A stretch of DNA of 50,550 bases from NCBI GenBank assembly GCA_024276825.1, contig JAJRWI010000081.1, positions 1 to 50,550 of the forward strand, written 5' to 3'. How positions within the stretch are numbered: position 1 is the first letter of the stretch; each line of letters begins with the position of its first letter. The stretch is from an archaeon (GTDB lineage Archaea; Asgardarchaeota; Thorarchaeia; Thorarchaeales; Thorarchaeaceae). Position numbers and translations under genes: made by a program. The notes beneath the pieces are model-generated. The model saw only the letters and a list, made by a program, of their open reading frames with translations, did not search any database and was not told where the DNA came from. Below are positions 41,349 to 50,550 of this stretch, piece after piece.

Positions 41349-42674
41349 TTCAAATGTGTCAGCTATGAAAAGAATCCGCCTTCTAAAATCGGGATGGCCA
41401 ACAGCATAAATATTCATTCCAATCTCGTTTTGAAACATCATTTTTGATGGGTTATTTCGAAGCAGTTCAATCAAAGGGCCAATCTCACTTTCAGAGAGCC
41501 TTCGGTCGCCATCTATATCAGCGACATGCCAATCAATTAATTGACTCTGTTCAGCAGGGATTTTAGTCCTTGAAAGTTTGCGTCTGACTAGCAATTCCCT
41601 AGCAGCAGGCCTAACTGCATTATCTATTTGATCATCTGTGAAAACTACACCGTAGATCTTTCGCATGTTTTTCAAGCGGGTAGTAAGAAAGAGATAGGGG
41701 GCCAACTCTCGGGCATTTGATTCATCAATGCCATCAAGCGGAAATTGGGCAATGAAGAGTGCTAGTTCCATATCAGAAACAGGAGTTATTCTATCAGTGT
41801 CCTGTGATTCAAGCCAGCGAATCTCCTCAATCAGGGCGGAGATTGCTTCAATCCTCTGTCCAATTCTGATCAGGCTATTAATCATTGGAAGGACACCAAT
41901 TAATGATGCAGCATGATAATCTGCCAGAAGTTCAGCTGCGCGTGATGAGCGTTGAATGAAAATCATAGCTATAGTGATTAGTACTCGTGAGAGTATAAAG
42001 AAACCAATCAGAATAACAATTCTAATGATGGCCAGAATCGGATCAAACTGCACTAGCAAAGCATTTGCAATTCCGAGTCCAATCCTGATATATACGTAAA
42101 GGTAAACAATATCAATAAAGAATGCGGGCAGCTGTGCAAAGATCGAAACCAGTGAGTCATTGTTCCTGATATGACCAATTTCGTGGGCAATTATGGCCCT
42201 CATCTCATCAGGCTCCAGAATGTCAAGCGTATTGGAATGAATTACAACTATTGAGCCAATTAGGGGCAATGAGAAAGTAAACGCATTTGGCAATGGGGAC
42301 TTTAGAAAGAATATCTTGCTTATGCGTACATGACTCTCTTCAGCGATTGCGAGTGTCCATTTGACAAGCTCATCTGCAGAATATCTCTTGGAAGAAAAGC
42401 CTTCAGCTAGTTTGGGATACATCATAATCATTGAGGGGTTTGAGATCATCTTAAGCGCAGATGAATAAATGTAGAAAACTTGAAACAAGCTGATTATTGC
42501 AAATAGAATTAACGAGTTTAGGGGGTTGATCTTCATTGGGTCAATAATAACAACGGTCGGAAATGTGTCATCAAATACAAGAGTTGCAACAAACAGAATT
42601 TGCAGAGCATCAATCAATAGGAAGACTAACAATGATCTCCATTTATCAGAGGATGCAGATTCGATGGTTTGCAT
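41343..42674 (-). CDS. M48 (HtpX/Ste24-like) membrane zinc protease with long cytoplasmic insert containing an EF-hand-like loop
   Basis: PNAF, IIAHEIGH, SRAAELLAD and terminal HPDFRRRI motifs. The insert contains DIDGDRRLSESE. Confidence 0.88.
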   Translation of the reverse strand: MQTIESASSDKWRSLLVFLLIDALQILFVATLVFDDTFPTVVIIDPMKINPLNSLILFAIISLFQVFYIYSSALKMISNPSMIMMYPKLAEGFSSKRYSADELVKWTLAIAEESHVRISKIFFLKSPLPNAFTFSLPLIGSIVVIHSNTLDILEPDEMRAIIAHEIGHIRNNDSLVSIFAQLPAFFIDIVYLYVYIRIGLGIANALLVQFDPILAIIRIVILIGFFILSRVLITIAMIFIQRSSRAAELLADYHAASLIGVLPMINSLIRIGQRIEAISALIEEIRWLESQDTDRITPVSDMELALFIAQFPLDGIDESNARELAPYLFLTTRLKNMRKIYGVVFTDDQIDNAVRPAARELLVRRKLSRTKIPAEQSQLIDWHVADIDGDRRLSESEIGPLIELLRNNPSKMMFQNEIGMNIYAVGHPDFRRRILFIADTFEL

Positions 42675-42716
42675 GGAATAGAATCAATGTGGTTTCTTAA
42701 TAATATTCGGAAAACA

Positions 42717-43232
42717 CTATGATGCGATTGAGTTGGCAACATAAAGAAACATTTCAGCGATGTTATGACCTGTGATTGCGCTTGTTTCAAAGTATCGAAG
42801 TAACAGAATATCTGCCATCAGTTTGCCCTCTCTATAGGAAACCTGTCGAGCATCAGCCATGTCAACTTTATTTGCTACAAGAACGCCTTTGATATCAGAT
42901 AGAAAGGGAAGAGATGCTTTATTACATACTAGTTCATACCATCTCACAACTTCTTTGAATGAGTTCCTGTCAGTCACATCATATACCAAGATGAATGCGT
43001 CCGTGGAAAGCAAAACATTAGCAGGAATTGTATGGATTGCTTCACTGCCCCCAATCTCAACAACCTCCATTCGTAGATTAACTTCTGGGAAGAGAAGCAG
43101 GCTTTCTTGCACATCGAAGAGTTGTGAGTGACCCTTTGACTTGGTGAAATGTGTTGGCTTGAATTTGTAGAGAATCTCGCTTTTTCCTGCCCCACTTGGT
43201 CCAACTACGAGAACTCGCTTTATTATAGGCAT
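42717..43232 (-). CDS. Degenerate Rab-like small GTPase
   Basis: G1 GPSGAGKS, G4 NKVD and G5 ETSAI are intact. G3 is EIGG rather than DxxG and switch I lacks TIGVD. Confidence 0.85.
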   Translation of the reverse strand: MPIIKRVLVVGPSGAGKSEILYKFKPTHFTKSKGHSQLFDVQESLLLFPEVNLRMEVVEIGGSEAIHTIPANVLLSTDAFILVYDVTDRNSFKEVVRWYELVCNKASLPFLSDIKGVLVANKVDMADARQVSYREGKLMADILLLRYFETSAITGHNIAEMFLYVANSIAS

Positions 43233-43307
43233 ATGAAAACCCCGCCATTTGTAAACCAATAATGACTATTTACTTTAATAATTATGGATGTAACTGGATT
43301 GTAGTTA

Positions 43308-43841
43308 TCATTTCACATGCAACTTTTGATGGGCCACATTTACAGCATGCAGAAAAATCTCGCCCACATTTTCTCCAGTCTTGGCGCTTGCCTCGAAGAA
43401 GGACAGTGAGAATATCTTTGCTGCATTTATTCCCTCATCGGTTGAAACCTGACGTTTTGAGGTCAAGTCTATCTTATTCCCTACAAGCATTCCAGCAAGA
43501 GTATCTCTTTGTGGACGGCACACACTGCTACTCAGAGTTGCGTACCATTCGGATATGTTTTTGAAACTATTCCTATCGGTTATATCATACACGAACATGA
43601 TAAAATGTGCCCCTTGATAAAAGCGGCTTCTCAACAGAGTGAATGACTCTTGTCCACCCAGATCTACAATGGTCAGTGCTGCATTTCCTGTAGGTGTTTC
43701 TATTGGTGTGGCCTTCATATCAACTCCAACTGTGGCAACATAACTCTCAATAAACTCTCCATGTAAATATGCCCGAATTAAGGAAGACTTACCAGCACCT
43801 GGAGGCCCAACAACCAAAATCTTGTAAATCTCGGCCACCAT
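43308..43841 (-). CDS. Rab-like small GTPase
   Basis: G1 GPPGAGKS, G2 TVGVD, G3 DLGGQE, G4 NKID, G5 EASAK. Confidence 0.95.
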   Translation of the reverse strand: MVAEIYKILVVGPPGAGKSSLIRAYLHGEFIESYVATVGVDMKATPIETPTGNAALTIVDLGGQESFTLLRSRFYQGAHFIMFVYDITDRNSFKNISEWYATLSSSVCRPQRDTLAGMLVGNKIDLTSKRQVSTDEGINAAKIFSLSFFEASAKTGENVGEIFLHAVNVAHQKLHVK

Positions 43842-43950
43842 TACTGCTTCCTCCAGCTATCGCATACATTCTATTGAAAACTGGGCTTATGAGATTTCCT
43901 GCCACTCGCCAGTCATAATAATTGCACTAACAAGAAAGTGTTTTAGAGTA

Positions 43951-44436
43951 TTGAGAGGCTTTTGCTTCATTATGACAGACCTAAATGATATCAGAAGTAG
44001 GACTAAGTCTGCCTCAGAGTATATTCGAGGATTAAAGGATAAATGGGGATCATACCAACTCCAACGTTTTGAGAATTATGAATTGAACCCAGAAGTCGTT
44101 GGAGAACTCAAGAAATATGTTGATGATATCACAGTTGTTGTCATTGGCGCAAGCTGGTGCAAGGACTGCCGTGAGGCCATTCCTGTCCTTATGCGACTGG
44201 AGGAGGACATCGGTCTTGAAGTGCGAGTGTTTGGCACCGTAAAGACTGCACCTTTGGATCCTGACAATAGGTGGGCCATTCCGCCATCACCCCCTGAGGC
44301 AAAGAAGTGGGATGTGAAGGCCATTCCATGGATAGAGATATTTCGTAAAGATGGAACACGAATTGGCACCATCATTGAAAAGCCAATAGTCAAACCCACA
44401 TTAGAAGCAGAGCTCTTACGCGTAATCAAAGGTTAA
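43951..44436 (+). CDS. Thioredoxin-family protein
   Basis: ASWCKDC active site and cis-Pro AIPW. The start may be ATG 43972. Confidence 0.88.
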   Translation: MRGFCFIMTDLNDIRSRTKSASEYIRGLKDKWGSYQLQRFENYELNPEVVGELKKYVDDITVVVIGASWCKDCREAIPVLMRLEEDIGLEVRVFGTVKTAPLDPDNRWAIPPSPPEAKKWDVKAIPWIEIFRKDGTRIGTIIEKPIVKPTLEAELLRVIKG

Positions 44437-44467
44437 ATAGAGCGATGGCCAATACTTTTGTGTGTAA

Positions 44468-45760
44468 ATGGAGGAATCCATTATGGATATACCAGTGCTA
44501 TCTAGGTTCATTGAAGGACTCAAGTTGTTCTTCTCAACGAAGGGAATGCGATGGCTGACAATCATTTTTCTATTGAGTGTCTTTTTGGCCAAGATCACCG
44601 AGGCTGCATCTCCGTGGCTTCAACTATGGGGTTTTGGATTACTAATTCTCATTCTGGGTGGAGCATTGCCAACATTCTTTTTCATTGCAGCAATCATTTC
44701 GCTCTTTGGATTTCAAAAGTTTATTGTGAGTGATGAATCTTATCTGGGATCAATATTGCGATTTCCCATTTGGTATTTTGTAAGCCTGTTTGTCCTCTTT
44801 GGTATGCTTATGACTGGTGTTCTGTTCCAACTTGTCTTTGTGATTTTCGGATTCCTGGGTTGGATTGTGTTTCAGGCATACCTCGCCTCAAGAAGCAGTC
44901 TGCGATATGCTGAGAGTGTGACTCTTGAGAAACGTGGAAAACTTATGATGACACTATATACACTGATTTACTTCTTCAATTACATCGTTGTAATAGGGGC
45001 ATTCATTGCGACTATTCTGTTTATCAATCCAGCAATCCTTGCCTCACTCGCAACCGTTGCTATTGCTCTCATAGGAACAATATTTGCATGCGGCTTCAAC
45101 TTCATAAATGGAATGATTCAGATACGTGAGAGAAACAAAAGGTCAATCGACAATGTGTCTTTACTGGGTCTCTTCATCTCGCTATATTCTGCTTACTTCA
45201 TTTACAATGTCCTATCAGGGCCATCATTTGGTGATCCTATTGCCATGCTCCCCGAGATAATTCTCTCAGTGTTTTTCATTCTTTATGCAATCAGTAATGT
45301 TGGTCTAACTGTCACATCAAGGGCAGATATGGACACACGGTGGAAGGTGTCGAAGGAAGCTGGCGGCGCATTTACATTTTTCCTAGCTTCAAGTTATTCA
45401 TATGTCATAATTCTCTATATCTTCATCTTTCCTGACCCAATCTTTGCATCATCACTTGGCGACAGTGTCAAGCTCTTGCTCTTTCCATTAGTAGCATTGA
45501 TTCTTGAACTAATTTACATCCGCAAATGGAGAAAGGAACCTGAACCAAAGAAGGTACCAGAGGTCCCATCCGAACCTGAAACTATTGAGGGGGTAACTCC
45601 AGAGGAAGCAATCACTGAAACCCCACCCGAACCTGAAACCATTGAGGAGGGTACTCCAGAAGAATCAATCGCAGAACCCCCATCCGAACCGGAAATGGAT
45701 GAGGAGGAGGGAGTACTTGGAGGATTCCCCATGGATGATGAGGAATCCGAGGGAGCATAG
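44468..45760 (+). CDS. Hypothetical polytopic membrane protein with acidic Pro/Glu repeat tail
   Basis: About 10 hydrophobic segments followed by a PE-rich tail. The acidic sequence continues for 29 codons past the TAG. Confidence 0.8.
   Translation: MEESIMDIPVLSRFIEGLKLFFSTKGMRWLTIIFLLSVFLAKITEAASPWLQLWGFGLLILILGGALPTFFFIAAIISLFGFQKFIVSDESYLGSILRFPIWYFVSLFVLFGMLMTGVLFQLVFVIFGFLGWIVFQAYLASRSSLRYAESVTLEKRGKLMMTLYTLIYFFNYIVVIGAFIATILFINPAILASLATVAIALIGTIFACGFNFINGMIQIRERNKRSIDNVSLLGLFISLYSAYFIYNVLSGPSFGDPIAMLPEIILSVFFILYAISNVGLTVTSRADMDTRWKVSKEAGGAFTFFLASSYSYVIILYIFIFPDPIFASSLGDSVKLLLFPLVALILELIYIRKWRKEPEPKKVPEVPSEPETIEGVTPEEAITETPPEPETIEEGTPEESIAEPPSEPEMDEEEGVLGGFPMDDEESEGA
45565..45694 (+). 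repeat. 57-bp (19-aa) tandem repeat, ~2.3 copies
   Basis: CCCA[TC]CCGAACC[TG]GAA begins at 45565, 45622 and 45679. Encodes PSEPETIEGVTPEEAITET / PPEPETIEEGTPEESIAEP / PSEPE. Confidence 0.85.
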
Positions 45761-46025
45761 TCAGAATCACATGGACATGATACTGCTGAACCAGACACAT
45801 ATGAATCAGAGGAAGAATATGAGGAGTGGATGATTGGAATCAATTTCTGATCATCCACAGCAATGCTTTCCCAAATTAATTCGATCATCAGATGGTCCAG
45901 TTTGCTAATATTCTTTTTATCAAATCAGTTTGAACATAACAAACAAAAGTTCATAAACATAACATTGAGATATTACATAGAATCTTCTTGTGTATCAAGT
46001 AGATCTACTATTTTACAAAGGATAA

Positions 46026-48479
46026 ATGAAGGGAGAAAAAATGAACAGACGAATGAATTTGCTATTTGCCGCATTCGTGGGTATTACGCTGCTAATGCCC
46101 ATAATAGCTGGAAATAGCATAGGCACGCCAACTGTTGTTCAGAAACATAGCGTTTCTGGAATGAGTGAACCACCCGCCACAATAGAATTCATGGCATCAT
46201 ATATTAATGCATGGGGTGGGGTGACTAACGCCATTGTATCCATGCAAAATGAAACACACTATGATTATGCATATATTAACACGCTAGATGCTATTGTTGC
46301 AAATCAGCGGGACAATGAAGATGGGTATGTTGCACAGTCAACGCTGGAGGTTTCCGGCATGACACCATTCCCGAATGGTGCTGTAGGCCCATCAATGATT
46401 TCAGTTCAACTTGTAGTGAATCCGATTGTAGTTGTTCCCGCAAACAGGGATGACACATATATTACAAACCTATCCATCAGCGAGGCCATTAGCCTAGCAG
46501 ATGAGGTTATTGCGGTATATGACTCTGTGTTTGGAATAACACTTGAACGACTTAGTACAAGACAGCATGACATCTATTATTATACCGATTTCGACCCATA
46601 TGTTTCATTGCAGGGTTCAGCATATAATTTACAATATGTCTACATGTTCAATGATCTCTCAGCTGGAGAGGCTGCGGTCACGACCATGCTTGAGAGATTG
46701 GCCAATATGGGAGGATTCATGAGCATTGTTGGTGCTGATGGATGGAGTGGAATTTTGACCGCTGCAACCGAATCATACTTCGCACCCGTCTGGCTCGAAA
46801 ATTATGAGTATATGGGTGGGGGAGTGTTTGGAATGATGAGTGGCACCGGTAATATTTACGTTCGTGCAGATTCCAGTCATCTGGACCTTGGATCAATTGA
46901 ACAGACACTAATTATCGGCGGAGCCACATTCATGGAACCAGGATACATCCAAGCTGGCGCGGGGGATGAAACATACTCATTGAAGACACATGTTGGATTC
47001 GCTGACAATATCCAGAATAAGATGGCAGAAGACCCGAGTGCCCCATCGGCTTCGATAATCGCAGGATTTGCACCTGCGTCTCTGGACATAAGTGGACTGC
47101 CAACTTCATGGGTTACCATTGATGACCAGTTTGAAGTCCCAGATGACATCATACTACCTGGTGGACACACAATTCCAGCAAACTCTACTGTATCCGATGT
47201 TATCAAAGCATATCTCTCATACATCCCACGTGAGTTTGCATATGGTGTAAATGAGGCACTTGGTTCACTTGACCCAACCATGTTTGACTCAGCAATTGAC
47301 TCACTCTGGGGTGGAGTCGGGCCATATCCAGACCTCAAGCAGAGTGTACTCTCTTATGACTTTGATACATTTCCAGACACCTCGCTCAAGGAAGTGAACT
47401 TTGACCTTCTTGCCCAGATAATGGAAGCAGCTGGTCTAACACCAAGCGCATTGCTTGATAACATTGACCCTGATCTTGCTGATGCTAATCCAGTCGCTGC
47501 CTTGGTGAAGGCATTTGTTGAATACTTTGACAGCTATGGAATGCTTGATATTCTTGATAACGACATTTATGCTGATCCAGCAGCATTAGAGGCCTATCTT
47601 GGTACATTTGGTGCAGGCTTTGTTCAGGTCGTGCATGATCTAGTTGGAATAGACCTGCCCACATCAATTCAGACCCGAGAAGGCCTAAATGACTTTGTTC
47701 AGGAGCACTGGGAGATTACACTTGGAGCTCTATGGACAGCCATGGCAAATGATGACCTGACAGCAATAAAGAACGCAGTCCACAATATTCTTGATGCCGA
47801 GAATCTACAGAGGCACATTGTGCCCTATCTGATGGCAGATCTTGGCGCAAGTCTTGTGACAGGCATAGGGTTCAAGATTGCAATCAACATTGATGAAACC
47901 TTTTCAAATTACCAAACAATTGATGTTAGTGACCTCGTACTCACCTTCGATGCTGATCCGGAGTCCATAACATTCGATGGACCATATCTGGTTGTTACCA
48001 AGGGCGCATCAAATCGAACAGTTCCTTTGGACAGTACAATTGACTTCACAATCACTGTGCATAATTACGGTTCTGCCACGGCTTATGATGTCAAAGTGAT
48101 AGATGGCATCAATGCAGGACTGGATGGTGATCGTGAGGCGTATTGGACTCGCGATACTCTTGCTGCTGGCGAAACATGGACCATTAACTATCAAGTCGCA
48201 GCTGATAAGGCAGGACTGTTTCAGGATATGCAAGCAATTTGCGTCTACTTCAATACAACAATAGACTCATTTGATCCATATAATGCAGAAGACTGGGTTG
48301 GATCTGCATTCTATACCTGGTCTGCTCCAGGATATCAGATTCTCATAACCAGTGCTGGCGGTGGCTTTTGGGATGCCATCCCCTCAGAGTTGTTCGGAAT
48401 ACCAACTCTGTATGTGGCCGCAGGTGCTGGTGGAGTTGCACTGATTGGGGTAGCTCTACTCGTGGTCAGACGTCGATAG
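46026..48479 (+). CDS. Secreted, C-terminally anchored surface protein with DUF11/BatD-like Ig domain
   Basis: Signal peptide (start likely ATG 46041) and acidic helical core. LVVTK...FTITVHNYGSATAYDVKVID Ig domain, then TM and RRR. Confidence 0.82.
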   Translation: MKGEKMNRRMNLLFAAFVGITLLMPIIAGNSIGTPTVVQKHSVSGMSEPPATIEFMASYINAWGGVTNAIVSMQNETHYDYAYINTLDAIVANQRDNEDGYVAQSTLEVSGMTPFPNGAVGPSMISVQLVVNPIVVVPANRDDTYITNLSISEAISLADEVIAVYDSVFGITLERLSTRQHDIYYYTDFDPYVSLQGSAYNLQYVYMFNDLSAGEAAVTTMLERLANMGGFMSIVGADGWSGILTAATESYFAPVWLENYEYMGGGVFGMMSGTGNIYVRADSSHLDLGSIEQTLIIGGATFMEPGYIQAGAGDETYSLKTHVGFADNIQNKMAEDPSAPSASIIAGFAPASLDISGLPTSWVTIDDQFEVPDDIILPGGHTIPANSTVSDVIKAYLSYIPREFAYGVNEALGSLDPTMFDSAIDSLWGGVGPYPDLKQSVLSYDFDTFPDTSLKEVNFDLLAQIMEAAGLTPSALLDNIDPDLADANPVAALVKAFVEYFDSYGMLDILDNDIYADPAALEAYLGTFGAGFVQVVHDLVGIDLPTSIQTREGLNDFVQEHWEITLGALWTAMANDDLTAIKNAVHNILDAENLQRHIVPYLMADLGASLVTGIGFKIAINIDETFSNYQTIDVSDLVLTFDADPESITFDGPYLVVTKGASNRTVPLDSTIDFTITVHNYGSATAYDVKVIDGINAGLDGDREAYWTRDTLAAGETWTINYQVAADKAGLFQDMQAICVYFNTTIDSFDPYNAEDWVGSAFYTWSAPGYQILITSAGGGFWDAIPSELFGIPTLYVAAGAGGVALIGVALLVVRRR

Positions 48480-48489
48480 TCCTAGCTTA

Positions 48490-48536
48490 ATGGTTCTCGC
48501 ACTAGCAAGTGCGCGGACCATCTTTCTTCTTTTTTT
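48490..48536 (+). terminator. Hairpin + T-tract terminator-like element
   Basis: ATGGTTCTCGCACT-AGCA-AGTGCGCGGACCAT forms a 14-bp stem with one G-U pair and one mismatch. It is followed by CTTTCTTCTTTTTTT and lies 10 nt after the stop. Confidence 0.75.
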
Positions 48537-48632
48537 AAAATTCCTAAAAAACTCTTCAAAAACATCTGCATGCTAATCTTTATTTTGCGTCGGACAATCT
48601 ATGCGTATCCAAATCGATTGGAGACAAGAAAA

Positions 48633-48797
48633 ATGGCAAAATGGGAATGCGATGTTTGTGGTTGGATTTATGATGAGGCAGTGGGCGACCCCGATGGCGG
48701 AATAGTTCCGGGCACCAAGTTCGAAGACATCCCTGATGACTGGGTATGTCCCGCGTGCGGTGCAAGTAAGTCCGAGTTCACAAAGATTGAAGACTAA
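48633..48797 (+). CDS. rub: Rubredoxin
   Basis: [43 protein letters not shown], the canonical 54-aa rubredoxin. Confidence 0.97.
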   Translation: MAKWECDVCGWIYDEAVGDPDGGIVPGTKFEDIPDDWVCPACGASKSEFTKIED

Positions 48798-48856
48798 GGT
48801 CTTCAAAGTCACATTTGAAAGTGCAAGGTCTTGAACATTGTTCGGGACCACTTTTT

Positions 48857-50550
48857 TCATTTGTTTCTTTTTTGGTCTCTTAACAAATTGACTACATTCT
48901 GATTTGTTGTCCGGCGAATTGCGTAATATGATGCTGCAATCGAAACCAACCACGATGAAACCACAAGAGCAAGCGTCTTCAGATCTATTATTGTGAAGGT
49001 TTCACTTCCAAATCTGACAAGAATGGAGAGTATTGAGAGTTCAACAAAGATCCCGATTATCGCCCCAATCAAAACACCAGTTGTCATTGAAACCGCAGTC
49101 TCGATAGTCATGGCCTTTGCAATGTCAGATGGGTCCATTCCAAGGGAAGCCAGCATTCCTATCTCTCTTCTTCGTGTTGAGGACACAGCAAAGCCGCTTA
49201 GCAGAGCACTGACTGTCGTTGAGATGAATAATGCTATGAGAGCAGAGTCAATGATGAGTTGGATAGACTTTAGGGCGGCCTCATAATCGGTTTCAATCTG
49301 CGACACCAAGACTGGATTGATTCCAGGCACTCCCGATAATGTGAGAAATGTGTTTTCAGGGGCGCTAGAGTCTATAAGGATGGTACTAACCAGAAATGGA
49401 GAGTTCTCAACCTTCACCCATGTATCGGGACTGATGATAATGAACAGTGGTTCAACGGCATACATAACAAAGGCAGGGACTGATGAGGCACAGATTCCCA
49501 CAACTGTAAGGTTCATTCCAGATACGAGAAGAAGGTCTCCGAGTCCTACGCCCATAGATTCTGCAACATAGTCAGAAATCACACAGGAATTATTGTTCAT
49601 TAGAACATCAAAGCCCTGAGTGTCGTTTATTGATTGTAGGATTGCTATTGATGCCATTTGCTCAAAGCCCTTGGTTTCCGCACCGATCACAAGTCCTATT
49701 TCAAGACGACTCTCAAAGACTAGATATTCTAGGGCCTGATTCATTCCAATCGCATTGTTTACAGACTCCATATTCTTCAACTGTTCCACGATTGCAGGGT
49801 CGTTTGGCTCGTTGAAATAGGCAACAATATTAACGGAGCTACTATTCCAGTTGATGTTTTTTCTCCATGACTCCGTTATTGCGTAACTAATGTTTGTGGA
49901 TGCAAAGAACAACATAGTGACTGAAGTGAAGAGATTAAACACAATCAATGCAGTTAATGTATTTCGCTTCAGGTTCTTCCTCGATAGTGAACGAATTACA
50001 TCATTCATCCGCCAGACCATTGCTTTATGAATCAGATTGGAACCATGAATCCGAGGAGAGAGAAAGACAGCAAGAATAAGGAAGGCAGGAATGGAGCCTA
50101 GTCTGAGGTAGTCTTCGTGAATGATTCCAAGACCAAATAGGTCCGAGGCCATTTGGACTAGAACAAGACCTGATGATATAACACCCAAGACCCCAAGAGC
50201 CATTTGCAATCTCCGTCTTGCCCTTGGCGATATTGACATGCCACTAGCTATGGGAATTGCACCTCGTCCCAGACTCTCAACCACAGATTCTTGCGAGGCA
50301 CGCCAAGCAGGGAGATAGCCAGAAAAAATTGTAAGTGCGAGACCTGCAATAATTGAGAATAAAATGCTGGCACTATCAAATATGAGAGAAGACTGGAAGA
50401 GTTGAAAAGCCGGAGTGATAAAGATAATCCGTGATGTCAGGATTATGAAATTAAGAACTACTGGGCCCACGATAATGCCGAGAATGATGCCAATTAGACA
50501 CCCTAATAGTCCCATGACGAACACTTCTGAAAGAAACAGTGCAAGAATAC
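48857..50550 (-). CDS. FtsX/MacB-like ABC transporter permease (5'-truncated by window edge)
   Basis: RRREIGMLASLGM and YLPAWRAS motifs with an extracytoplasmic core. The frame stays open to the edge (ILALFLSEVFVM). Confidence 0.88.
   Translation of the reverse strand, partial: ILALFLSEVFVMGLLGCLIGIILGIIVGPVVLNFIILTSRIIFITPAFQLFQSSLIFDSASILFSIIAGLALTIFSGYLPAWRASQESVVESLGRGAIPIASGMSISPRARRRLQMALGVLGVISSGLVLVQMASDLFGLGIIHEDYLRLGSIPAFLILAVFLSPRIHGSNLIHKAMVWRMNDVIRSLSRKNLKRNTLTALIVFNLFTSVTMLFFASTNISYAITESWRKNINWNSSSVNIVAYFNEPNDPAIVEQLKNMESVNNAIGMNQALEYLVFESRLEIGLVIGAETKGFEQMASIAILQSINDTQGFDVLMNNNSCVISDYVAESMGVGLGDLLLVSGMNLTVVGICASSVPAFVMYAVEPLFIIISPDTWVKVENSPFLVSTILIDSSAPENTFLTLSGVPGINPVLVSQIETDYEAALKSIQLIIDSALIALFISTTVSALLSGFAVSSTRRREIGMLASLGMDPSDIAKAMTIETAVSMTTGVLIGAIIGIFVELSILSILVRFGSETFTIIDLKTLALVVSSWLVSIAASYYAIRRTTNQNVVNLLRDQKRNK

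Noticed and set aside
34493-43841. Complete prenylation pathway (polyprenol kinase + M48 + GTPases + methyltransferase)
   Set aside because: The GTPases lack C-terminal cysteines, there is no prenyltransferase, the methyltransferase is soluble class I rather than ICMT, and the genes are dispersed.
48570-48632. N-terminal extension of rubredoxin given by the ORF track
   Set aside because: The canonical protein starts at ATG 48633 with an upstream GGAG.

Overview
A 50.5 kb chromosomal window from an Asgard archaeon, most likely Thorarchaeia. This is inferred from several stand-alone Rab/Ras-like GTPases, a longin-wHTH protein, archaeal TATA/SD signals and the style of the giant surface proteins. 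No rRNA, tRNA, CRISPR array or transposase was seen. The left half (1-24.9 kb) is a cell-surface locus. It holds a 3'-truncated giant Ig-repeat protein with an inserted six-blade NHL propeller (missed by the ORF track), a membrane-anchored metzincin protease, and an AT-rich TPR / MinD-like ATPase (CTG start) / longin-wHTH module. It also holds an overlapping pair of giant type-I membrane proteins: a ~2250-aa protein with ~26 thrombospondin-type-3-like Ca-binding repeats and a 2619-aa FG-GAP/VCBS multi-propeller protein. The first is split from its signal peptide by a single in-frame TAG. An AT-rich defence islet follows, with an ABC/AAA ATPase + PIN pair (the PIN gene also has one in-frame TAG), MNT-HEPN and a Zn-ribbon + unknown pair. 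The right half has two small-GTPase pairs, each one intact and one degenerate. It also has an M48 protease with an EF-hand-like insert, a methyltransferase, a polyprenol kinase, SRPBCC, MaoC, a PAS histidine kinase, an MFS transporter, a thioredoxin-like protein, a DUF11 surface protein, rubredoxin and a partial FtsX-like permease. The best candidates for undescribed systems are the thrombospondin-like + FG-GAP adhesion pair, the TPR-SIMIBI-longin module, the GTPase-GTPase-EF-hand M48 cluster and the recurrent in-frame amber codons. All family assignments come from motif recognition by eye; no searches were run.
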